Shown here: positions 56,063 through 64,000 of the stretch, piece after piece
How the letters are laid out: each line of letters starts with the position of its first letter
How positions within the stretch are numbered: position 1 is the stretch's first letter
From: a virus
Virus record (IMG/VR): IMGVR_UViG_3300027749_000055
Location: 49,660-113,659 of that record
DNA: 64,000 nt
Reading direction: 5' to 3' (one strand)
Position numbers and translations under genes: made by a program
The notes under the pieces: generated by a model
Told to the model about the DNA's origin: nothing
Databases searched by the model: none
Seen by the model: the letters and a program-made list of their open reading frames with translations, nothing else

Positions 56063-57097
56063 TTACTTGTAGACGTGGTGCGACAACTTCTTGTCGGGGA
56101 ACGTTCCGTATGCCTTGCCGGTAGCGGGGTCGGTAATTCCAACAATGTTTCCCTTGCCCATAAACCTGTTGGTCTGGTCGTGCTGGAAGGAAACAACGTC
56201 GCCAATCTTTTCGTCGCTGCCTTGACGCTCGATTACACGGGTGAAGATAGTCCCGTTGGGTCGGTAGCCCTGAACAACAATGTGCTGCTCTGCGGGGCTG
56301 AATCCGTAAGGCTCGTTCTTACCCGTGCCCTCTTCGAGAGTGCGGGGGTTCACCATTCCGTCGGGGAGGGTGGGGTTGCCACGGTAGTAAAAACTACGAG
56401 GGCCGGTGTGGTATTCGGGGGAACCCGTGCGGAAGAACTCCCCACGCTCGGCGGAGGTCAGGTCTTCTTCGGCAACGTCGGTCATTCGAGTAACGGTTGC
56501 GGTGCGCCCAGAACCAGGCCCGCCCTTCGTCACCGTTGAATCCTCGACGTAATAGGGGAAGGTGTTACCTTCGGGGTGTTCCGAAACGTAGCGAGCAATA
56601 CGGCTTGCGGTGGCGGCGTCGGCACTGGCGGCAAAAGCCTTAATCATTTCACTATCGGAAGGGTTTGCCAATCGTGTAACTTCCTTCCAAGCGTCTGCGG
56701 CGTCTAGGTGCGCCGCAGCAGCAGCGTAGTGAGCCTTACTTGCGTCGGTTTGGAACATTTCACCTGTGTAGTCAAAGTTGCGTGACGGGGCATACAAGTT
56801 TGCCCCTTCGATAGCGTGTGCCTTTAGAATTTCAGTGTGTTCCCTAGCCATATCCGACGCTTCGGCTCGGATTTCCGCAGGGGTCTGGTCTTCAAGACCA
56901 ATGTTGTCGTGGGCGTTTTCAAGGATAGCCGCAGAGTGGTCGGCAAGAACCGAGGGGACGGAAGGCTCTTCACCCGAAGCGAGACGAGAGACTTCCCACG
57001 TCGTCAGATTTTCGGCGTAGTGGTTGGAGTGATTGGCGTGGCGACCTGAGCCCTGTCCGCCCTTTGCAATTTGTCCGGTTCCTTGTGAAAAGTCCAT
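56063..57097 (-). CDS. KGGxGSGR-tagged modular protein (2 tags)
   Basis: 344 aa. Confidence 0.8.
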   Translation of the reverse strand: MDFSQGTGQIAKGGQGSGRHANHSNHYAENLTTWEVSRLASGEEPSVPSVLADHSAAILENAHDNIGLEDQTPAEIRAEASDMAREHTEILKAHAIEGANLYAPSRNFDYTGEMFQTDASKAHYAAAAAHLDAADAWKEVTRLANPSDSEMIKAFAASADAATASRIARYVSEHPEGNTFPYYVEDSTVTKGGPGSGRTATVTRMTDVAEEDLTSAERGEFFRTGSPEYHTGPRSFYYRGNPTLPDGMVNPRTLEEGTGKNEPYGFSPAEQHIVVQGYRPNGTIFTRVIERQGSDEKIGDVVSFQHDQTNRFMGKGNIVGITDPATGKAYGTFPDKKLSHHVYK

Positions 57098-57106
57098 TGT
57101 GGTTCC

Positions 57107-59959
57107 TTATCGCTTGTCTTCGCCAAATGAAACGTTTACATACATACCAGCGTTGTAGGCGACTTCGCCCACTTCGTCGGCATACACGTCGGTCTGCTCA
57201 CCCTTGACGTTCACCTTGCCCGCACGGACGTTCACACGCTGAACGGTGTAGGTGTCGTTGTCTGCGAGGTAGACACGAACCTTGTAGCCGTGTCCAATAG
57301 GGAGTTCAATGCCAACGGGCTTGTTCTTCTCCGTGAGGACGCTAACTCGACCACCGCTCAAACCAAGAATGTTCATCTTTCCAATTTGAGCGACGGTGGT
57401 TTGCGGGTCAAAGTCACGGTGTCCGCAGTTGCTAGGCATACCCGTCTCAGGGTGTCGTCCCGAACCCGGCCCGCCCTTTCGGACGCTGGACTTTCCCAGC
57501 ATTTCCTGACGGTCAAGCCACGCACCAACTGACGACTGCTTGTAGTCAGCGGGGCGGCTAGGGGCTTGGGTGGCACGGTAAATCTCGTCCTGCGTCACAC
57601 TGTCGGCAGTGTAAGCAAGTTCGTTTGCTTGGTTTGCCATTTCTTCCAACTGCTCGTCGGTGTAATTTCCAAAGTTGCCCTTGGAAATCAAGTCGTTAAA
57701 AGCCTGCGCCGCAGCGAGGTGAGCGTCGGCAGAAGCGGTGAAGCCTTGCTCACGAAGTTCCTCAGAAAGTTCTTCGTGGTCACTAGCGGTGGCACTAATG
57801 GAGTCCTCAAAGTCGTTCCATTGGTGTCCGTCGCCAAGATTGGTGTTGATAGCGTCGCTCATCAAAGCGAGACGAGTCGGCTCGTCAATACCTTTACCCT
57901 GAGCCTCAGACATTGCTTCGGCTCGGTCAGTGATTTCAGCCTTGCTACGTCCGTCGCTGGTGCGGGTGTATCCGTAGTTGTTCAAGTGGTCGTTGAAAGC
58001 GTCGGTGTGCGCCTGACCTGCGGGCGAAGTGTCTTCCTGACCCTCGCTACGAGTGTCGTGGTAGTTCGACATAGCCCCGCCGGAATACTTGCCAGCCCAA
58101 CCTTGGGGGTGACGACCTGAGCCAGGCCCACCCTTTCGAAGTGCGGACTTTTCAGTGCTTTCGCCTTCCTTTGCCATTTCAATAGCGGCTTCGATTGCTT
58201 CTTGTGCGGAACTATAGGCGTCGCCGTAAAAATCGCCGTCAGGATTTCCAACTTCAAACCAAGGGTTTAAACTAACAAGGTCGTTATCGTAAAGTTCGTT
58301 AAGTTGGTCGTCATTGACGATACCGGCACTAAAAAGGTCGTTTGCGCCGTGTGCTTGGTTTCCGTCGGGAAGTTCAATGCTCGTTTCACCAACCGCATAA
58401 ACGGTGAACGCATCTCCGTTTTCGTTTTCAACCCAAGCAACGGGTTGATTTTGTGGGTAGTGTTCCGCAAATTGCCGCTCAGGGTTCTTTGCGTCGTCGT
58501 TTCCAATTTCGAGCGTTATGCCTTCCGGCACGTCAAAAGAAATCTCGGCGTGACGTCCAGAGCCAGGCCCGCCCTTAGTGAAAACCCTGTCGGTGCGTCC
58601 ACGAACCATATCCTTAGCCGAGTAGACGTGCATTACCGTCTCTTGAAGGTTGTAGGCACGATTAGCCCACGTCCGAGCCTGCTTGTCGTAGGCAATGTGG
58701 TTGATTGGGTCGAGTGAAGCGGCAACTCGGTAGTGACCCGCAATCATATTTGCGAGGTGAGCCAACTTTTCGTTGGAATCTTTATTACCGTGAAGACTAA
58801 CTTCGTGAAATTCCTTCTCCAACTTGTTAGCGTTAGTGATTGCCTCGTCACGCTTGGCTGCCATTTCCTTTGCAGTCATCTTCGAGGAAGGCTGGTTGTA
58901 ATTACGCATATTAAACTTGGAAGAGAAGTCTTCCTTGTGACGACCAGAACCAGGCCCGCCCTTCTTCACCTTTTTTGCAGACTTCACAAATTGGTCAGTG
59001 GTAATCGGGCCACCCTTGTTGTCGCCTTCGGTGAAGTAAAACGCTTGTCCGTCCGTCACGCCACCCTTGTCTCCCGAAGTGGCGGCGTATGAAGCGTTCA
59101 CAGCCTTCACAGTGTTCTCGACGCTGGGATTGTCGGCGGCTGCGTAGTGGGCACGGGCGGCTTCGTCGTGCAACTCAGCCATACCCTTCCAATCGGGATT
59201 ATCGCTTTGAGCGTTGTCGGCAATCATTTGTAGGAAGCCGACGTGATTGCGGAGACGACCAGCCTCTTCAACGTGGCGACGAGCCTGCGAATCGTGACGC
59301 ATAGGCGAAACCTTGCCGTTCGCCTTCTGAACGTCCATATACATACGAGCGGCGGTGTCTTGAATTTTTTGCAAAGCCGCAGCAGTTTCGTGAGAAGTGC
59401 GCTCAGGGTGACGACCAGAGCCTTCGCCACCCTTAGTGACTCCCTGTTCCGCCCTTACCTCGGCATACTTGGCTCGCTTTTGAGCGCAGTCTGCTTCTGA
59501 GGTGCAAGGTGCGTCGCCGTGCATTTTGTGCCAATTGTCGTGGTCTTGGTCGTGGCGCATAACGGTAGCAAGTGACTCACTAGCGTCTTTGGCTACAAAC
59601 TTTTGTAGTCCAAAGTGGTTAGTGTATTTTTCAGCAAAGTCACTTTGCGCTTGTGCGATACTGCCTCCCTTTTCCCACGAATCCCTAGCGGCGGCGTGTG
59701 CTGAAGCGGCTTTGTAGGCAATGTTTGACCCCGTAATGTCGCCACGCTTATCAGCCTTGCGAGCCTCCACAACCAAACGGTTGATTTCTCTCTGGTGATA
59801 CTGCGCCTTTGGGTTGGAATAGCGTGTCTTAGCCTCGCCAAATCCAGCCGCAACGGTGTCGTCTGAACTGCGCTCGGCGTGACGTCCTGAACCTTTGCCA
59901 CCCTTCAAGATTTCACTAACCCACTGCTCAGCAGCCTTCTGAATACGGTCTTGTGCCAT
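57107..59959 (-). CDS. KGGxGSGR-tagged modular protein (6 tags)
   Basis: 950 aa; leader RIQKAAEQWVSEILK. Confidence 0.85.
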   Translation of the reverse strand: MAQDRIQKAAEQWVSEILKGGKGSGRHAERSSDDTVAAGFGEAKTRYSNPKAQYHQREINRLVVEARKADKRGDITGSNIAYKAASAHAAARDSWEKGGSIAQAQSDFAEKYTNHFGLQKFVAKDASESLATVMRHDQDHDNWHKMHGDAPCTSEADCAQKRAKYAEVRAEQGVTKGGEGSGRHPERTSHETAAALQKIQDTAARMYMDVQKANGKVSPMRHDSQARRHVEEAGRLRNHVGFLQMIADNAQSDNPDWKGMAELHDEAARAHYAAADNPSVENTVKAVNASYAATSGDKGGVTDGQAFYFTEGDNKGGPITTDQFVKSAKKVKKGGPGSGRHKEDFSSKFNMRNYNQPSSKMTAKEMAAKRDEAITNANKLEKEFHEVSLHGNKDSNEKLAHLANMIAGHYRVAASLDPINHIAYDKQARTWANRAYNLQETVMHVYSAKDMVRGRTDRVFTKGGPGSGRHAEISFDVPEGITLEIGNDDAKNPERQFAEHYPQNQPVAWVENENGDAFTVYAVGETSIELPDGNQAHGANDLFSAGIVNDDQLNELYDNDLVSLNPWFEVGNPDGDFYGDAYSSAQEAIEAAIEMAKEGESTEKSALRKGGPGSGRHPQGWAGKYSGGAMSNYHDTRSEGQEDTSPAGQAHTDAFNDHLNNYGYTRTSDGRSKAEITDRAEAMSEAQGKGIDEPTRLALMSDAINTNLGDGHQWNDFEDSISATASDHEELSEELREQGFTASADAHLAAAQAFNDLISKGNFGNYTDEQLEEMANQANELAYTADSVTQDEIYRATQAPSRPADYKQSSVGAWLDRQEMLGKSSVRKGGPGSGRHPETGMPSNCGHRDFDPQTTVAQIGKMNILGLSGGRVSVLTEKNKPVGIELPIGHGYKVRVYLADNDTYTVQRVNVRAGKVNVKGEQTDVYADEVGEVAYNAGMYVNVSFGEDKR

Positions 59960-59971
59960 TATTTTTCCTTT

Positions 59972-60619
59972 TTAGCGGTAAGCGTCACGGTATTTGCCTG
60001 TGACGTTCAGGCGGTAATACGGGGGAAGAGTGTGGGATACTTTGCCATCGTAATAAACATCTTTGGCTGGCATTTTTTCCATAGTTCCGACATAACCCTT
60101 TTCAGCAAGGGCTTGACCAAGAACCATAAGTTCCTTCTTCTGGTCAAGCAAAGAAAGTTCTTCGCTTTGTCGTGTCCAGCCCCTGATTCCCACGGTAAGG
60201 CTCGCACCCTCTTGAGTGTATGTGCCCTGTGAATCAACGGTAAATCTGTGCCAGCCTCGGTAGTAGTCGTCGCTTCCGTTTCGTGCCGCATAACCCAAGC
60301 GATTACCCTCAACCCTGATTGACGAAATCACAGTAGATAGACGGCTTGCTTCACGGGTGATACCCGTGTTCTGCGAGTGATTGGAAACCGTTTGAACCCA
60401 ACCACGATTTCGCCCTCTGTCAATAATGAACTGATTAGATTTTGCGTCCTGCTCGCCAAAGTGGACAAAATCAAACCTACTCTCGTCCTTGAACTTGGCG
60501 GGAGTTTCTCCCATTGAACGCAGTTCGGGCTGTTTGGTGGCGTGACGACCACTGCCCGGCCCACCCTTGGTGATTTCACCAAGCCAGATTTCAATTGACT
60601 TTTCAATACGGTCAGACAT
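59972..60619 (-). CDS. KGGxGSGR-tagged protein (1 tag)
   Basis: 215 aa; leader RIEKSIEIWLGEITK. Confidence 0.8.
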   Translation of the reverse strand: MSDRIEKSIEIWLGEITKGGPGSGRHATKQPELRSMGETPAKFKDESRFDFVHFGEQDAKSNQFIIDRGRNRGWVQTVSNHSQNTGITREASRLSTVISSIRVEGNRLGYAARNGSDDYYRGWHRFTVDSQGTYTQEGASLTVGIRGWTRQSEELSLLDQKKELMVLGQALAEKGYVGTMEKMPAKDVYYDGKVSHTLPPYYRLNVTGKYRDAYR

Positions 60620-60676
60620 TTGGAACTCCTAGTTCTTCTGTCGCTAAAGTTACCAGCGGTTTACGATTTTTCCGTT

Positions 60677-62224
60677 TTAGAGGGTCGCAACAGAAGCGGC
60701 AATAGCCTTTTCTGAAGCGTCTGCGGCAGCACCAGACAAAGCCGTGTAAGCGGCGTTGTCCTTTCCAGCCATTTGCAGGACAGAGGCAGCCCCGTCGTGA
60801 AGTTCGGCAGCCTTCTGGTGAGCAGCAATCGCCGTCATTTCACTGTCGCCGTAAAAACGGCTTGGGGTGTTCATCATTTCACGGTGGAGGTCGGCAGCCG
60901 TGGCGTGGTCATCGTCTGCCACTGCCTCACGGATAGCCTCATCACGACCACCAAGGAGTTCGCTTTGAGCCGAAGCAATGTTGGCTTGTTCAATTGAATC
61001 CATAAGGTCTGAAATTGAGTCGTCAATGTCCGAAATAGCACCACTAAAGTCTTCCAAAGCCGACGAAGCGTCGTCCAAGTTTTCCCGTGCGCCGTCAAAG
61101 TCTCCATTATCAGACCAACCGTCAATAGTGTCTTCGTCGTATTCGCTAAGGATTTCAGAGAAGCCTTTTGCGTAGGAAGCACCACGCTCGGTAGCGGTTC
61201 CAAAGTCGTCAATAGCCGAGTGTGCGGCTTCGAGAGCGGTTTCAACCGAACCAACAAAATCAGGGAAGGCTTCTTGGAATTCTTCGTCGTAGTGAATCGC
61301 TCTTTGGATACTGTTAAGAACGCTCGTCATATCGTTTACGCCGTAATTGTTCAGTTGGCTAAAGTTTGATTGAGCGTCCAACGCAGAACTTGAAGCGTTG
61401 GAAAGTGCGCTTTCCCAATCGTCCCGTGCGCTCGTCATATCATCTACACGCTCGTCTTGGTTGTCGTAATCTTCTTCTTTGGCTGCTTCTAAAGCGTCAG
61501 AGGCACTTTCCATATCACTGATGTAACCCTCGGTGTCGTCAATGTTTGATTCAACGTTGCTTCCCAAGTTTTCACTAAGATTTTCGTGAACTTCATTGCC
61601 TAAAGCAAGGGCACTTTCAATACCAGAAACGTCCGGCATTGCAATAGAACCCTCTTTGTGGCGTCCAGAACCAGGCCCGCCCTTACGAACAACCGACTTA
61701 GCGAGTTGTTCCGCCATTGACGGGTCGTCTCCCCAATATTCGGGGGTTTCTTCGGGCGACATAACCGAATGACGAGCCACTGCCTTTTCGGTGTATGCGG
61801 CAGCCTTGTCTGACTCTGCCATTGCGCTCTCGATTGCACGGTGAGTTCTAGATGAAATGTTGTCTTCGTTTGCGCCCTTGTCCTTCGACAAAATGTCGGC
61901 AGCACGGTGAGCGGCGAGAGCGGCTGTGTCGTGTGCAAGGGCGGCTTGACGGTAAGAAAAAGCAACTTGTTGAGCGTTCGCATTGTTTTCCATTTCGCTT
62001 GCCTTGGAACGGCACTCAGCGGCGAGTTGTTCGTGTTCGTCGGCTGCCCGCTCAATCTCGTTAGCGTTGCCATACTCGATAGCGTTGGGCAGGCTGGTAG
62101 CCGACATATAGATATCGTTCACGGTGTAACCGTTACCGTGTCGTCCCGAACCAGGCCCGCCCTTCTTGACGGGGTAGTTGCTCAACCTTGGAACAAGGCT
62201 CTTCATTGAAAAAGGATTGGTCAT
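60677..62224 (-). CDS. KGGxGSGR-tagged modular protein (2 tags), highly acidic
   Basis: 515 aa; leader NPFS...YPVKK. Confidence 0.8.
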   Translation of the reverse strand: MTNPFSMKSLVPRLSNYPVKKGGPGSGRHGNGYTVNDIYMSATSLPNAIEYGNANEIERAADEHEQLAAECRSKASEMENNANAQQVAFSYRQAALAHDTAALAAHRAADILSKDKGANEDNISSRTHRAIESAMAESDKAAAYTEKAVARHSVMSPEETPEYWGDDPSMAEQLAKSVVRKGGPGSGRHKEGSIAMPDVSGIESALALGNEVHENLSENLGSNVESNIDDTEGYISDMESASDALEAAKEEDYDNQDERVDDMTSARDDWESALSNASSSALDAQSNFSQLNNYGVNDMTSVLNSIQRAIHYDEEFQEAFPDFVGSVETALEAAHSAIDDFGTATERGASYAKGFSEILSEYDEDTIDGWSDNGDFDGARENLDDASSALEDFSGAISDIDDSISDLMDSIEQANIASAQSELLGGRDEAIREAVADDDHATAADLHREMMNTPSRFYGDSEMTAIAAHQKAAELHDGAASVLQMAGKDNAAYTALSGAAADASEKAIAASVATL

Positions 62225-62239
62225 TTCACTACTCTCTCT

Positions 62240-62977
62240 TTACTTGCCGTGTCGGGTTGCTGCGGCTGTCTCGGACAATGCTTGTTGAGCAAGTTTCTCA
62301 ATACGGTCAAAGTGTTCCTTCTTGGCGGTTCCGCTCTCTACACGACGAGCAAGACCGGCGAGCGCACGGGAGGCAGCGGCATTGGCGGCGGCTGCGTCAG
62401 AGTGATACGCCGAGTGATACGCCGAGTCACCGTCACGGCGACCCACGGCACGGTGAAGTTGAGCCAACTGCGAGTGCAGTTCGGCAGCCTTCATCAACGC
62501 CTTGGCAGACAATCCGTCGGCATACCAAGTGTGACCAACCTCGTCGGCTTTGTCGGCAACTCGGTCAATGCGGTCAAGTGCTTGCGGGAGAGTAGTGCGA
62601 CCAGAGGGCTTGCGACCTGAGCCAACTCCGCCCTTTGCCACTATTGAACCGGCTTCCTTGGCACGGAAGTTTTCAATCAGTTGCTTAGCCGAAGCGAGGC
62701 TCGAAGGGAAGAGGCGAGAAACAGCGTCGGCTGAACGGTCAGAGTAAGGCTCTTGACGGTCTGCAATTCGAAAATCGTTCTTCGAGATTTGCGTGATAAA
62801 GAAACGCTCGTTCGACGACTGCCACGTCTTGCGACCACCCAGACCGTCGAGAGCCTTCCACTTCAGGGGCTTCAATGCACCCGAACCAGCGGTTCGTCCA
62901 CTGCCCACGCCACCCTTGGAGACGGGGTAGCGACTCAGGGTCGGGTTCAGTTCTTCGGGCGAAAACGGGTTAGGCAC
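62240..62977 (-). CDS. KGGxGSGR-tagged modular protein (2 tags)
   Basis: 245 aa; leader NPFS...YPVSK. Confidence 0.8.
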   Translation of the reverse strand: MPNPFSPEELNPTLSRYPVSKGGVGSGRTAGSGALKPLKWKALDGLGGRKTWQSSNERFFITQISKNDFRIADRQEPYSDRSADAVSRLFPSSLASAKQLIENFRAKEAGSIVAKGGVGSGRKPSGRTTLPQALDRIDRVADKADEVGHTWYADGLSAKALMKAAELHSQLAQLHRAVGRRDGDSAYHSAYHSDAAAANAAASRALAGLARRVESGTAKKEHFDRIEKLAQQALSETAAATRHGK

Positions 62978-63051
62978 GGCTGGAACTCCCTCGTAGGCAA
63001 TACCGACAAATTATCACTCAATTCCCAAATGTCGGTTGCTTATCCGTGGGT

Positions 63052-63612
63052 CTAGTTGTGTAGTTGAAAAACCGAGTGACTGTAGAAGCCCGTCCGCTCT
63101 TCCTCGCTGATGTAGATGTTTCCCCAATGGAGAATCAGCCCCTTGGCAATGAAATCGTTGTTCTCGACGATTGCCTTCTGGCGGTTCATAAACAAGCCCG
63201 CTACCACCTTCTCGCAATACGTCTTTGCCCGCTCAATAGTTGAGAACTTGGAGTAGGGCAAGTCTATTTCGTAACCGTTGTTGTTTACATACAGACTGTA
63301 GGGAAACCGCTCGCCCTCGCCGGAACGAATGATGAACTGCCAATCCCCGACGAACAAGTGGTAGCCGTCTTCGCAAGACCCCCACACGTTCCAAAAGTCC
63401 CAATTACCGTCTGCGTCGCTATACGGCTCAGTAGCGTTTATCCAAATGAACTTACCGACCAACGGCTCTAGATAGCGTGAGGTCGGGCTGGGCGAAATGG
63501 GTGCTGGCACGGTTTCTCCTTGTGATGTTTGGTTTGTCTCTACTCTACCAGAGTTGAGTTGCCAGCGCAAGTTTCCCAACCCCAAAACCCGAAATAGATA
63601 CCTTGCTATCAC
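63052..63612 (-). CDS. Hypothetical protein (start uncertain)
   Basis: 186 aa ORF, aromatic-rich. Confidence 0.45.
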   Translation of the reverse strand: MIARYLFRVLGLGNLRWQLNSGRVETNQTSQGETVPAPISPSPTSRYLEPLVGKFIWINATEPYSDADGNWDFWNVWGSCEDGYHLFVGDWQFIIRSGEGERFPYSLYVNNNGYEIDLPYSKFSTIERAKTYCEKVVAGLFMNRQKAIVENNDFIAKGLILHWGNIYISEEERTGFYSHSVFQLHN

Positions 63613-64000
63613 GATACCTTGCTATCTCTAGGGGGGGCTAGTGAAATTCCCCCCCACCGCCCAGAACCCTTTGTTTGAGCCAGATGTGACTGATGAAGCG
63701 CAGAGATTTCACTATCTTGCAGTTATTTCACTACGAAGAAGAACGGGCTGGGCTATGTAGGGGGGTGTAGTTGGTCAAGTTTGTTCTTCAGTTTAGAGAG
63801 GGGCTGATGCGGGGGTTTCTCAACATAGGGGGCCGGCTCACAATTTTTGACGGGGGGGTAGTGAAATAAAACTAGGGGGGGGGTGGTGGCTATGTCTGTG
63901 TACCTGTCCCTGTGCGCCTGTGGCTCTGGGCTGTCGTTGTCCTGCACTCTGATAGCACTTGTCCTATCAAGCCCTATGGGTAGGGGGGGTCTTGTCCTAT
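63597..64000. repeat. Non-coding repeat / G-run region
   Basis: gataccttgctatc x2; G7-ctagtgaaatt-C7 hairpin; four TAGTGAAAT/ATTTCACTA sites; several G5-G9 runs. Confidence 0.6.

Noticed and set aside
62400-62427. 12-bp tandem repeat gagtgatacgcc
   Set aside because: Simple in-frame duplication (AYHS x2) with no further structure
18363-62917. Recurrent gaaccaggcccgccctt DNA as a CRISPR array or integron attC sites
   Set aside because: Copies are in-frame inside ORFs, hundreds of bp apart, vary synonymously and are not palindromic; no cas or integrase gene seen
17369-62977. GGPGSGR as an adenylate-kinase-like P-loop (GGPGSGK)
   Set aside because: Lacks the invariant GK[ST/G] lysine and the preceding hydrophobic strand, and the following sequences are unrelated to each other

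Overview
64 kb segment of a large tailed dsDNA phage, most likely infecting an actinomycete (two WhiB proteins, Rpf-type transglycosylase, actinobacterial SSB, GH25 endolysin, CGAAC-N4-GTTCG SOS box). Most genes are on the minus strand: tail and tail-fibre genes (1-5.4 kb), DNA-modification/nucleotide genes, major capsid, cement and scaffold (9.8-12.4 kb), XkdF-like protease and portal (30.3-33.7 kb), and lysis genes. Plus-strand islands carry amidoligase/GATase/GGCT genes, mini-gene arrays and a large terminase split into two ORFs. The outstanding feature is two clusters (17.4-30.0 kb and 56.1-63.0 kb) of modular proteins in which unrelated payload domains are each preceded by the tag [VILF]-x-K-G-G-x-G-S-G-R (27 copies in 11 ORFs, plus 2 variants). 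Payloads include a kinase, a GNAT, ADP-ribosyltransferase-like domains, and acidic and His/Ala helical domains, and several ORFs share N-terminal leaders. I infer a protease-processed, capsid-packaged polyprotein cargo system. Also seen: a polar ATTTTCTT array, a window-wide ATTTCACTA motif, a late-promoter motif, two structured RNA candidates, a non-cleavable LexA-like protein, and apparent avoidance of several 4-bp palindromes. All family assignments are by motif recognition; no database search was run.
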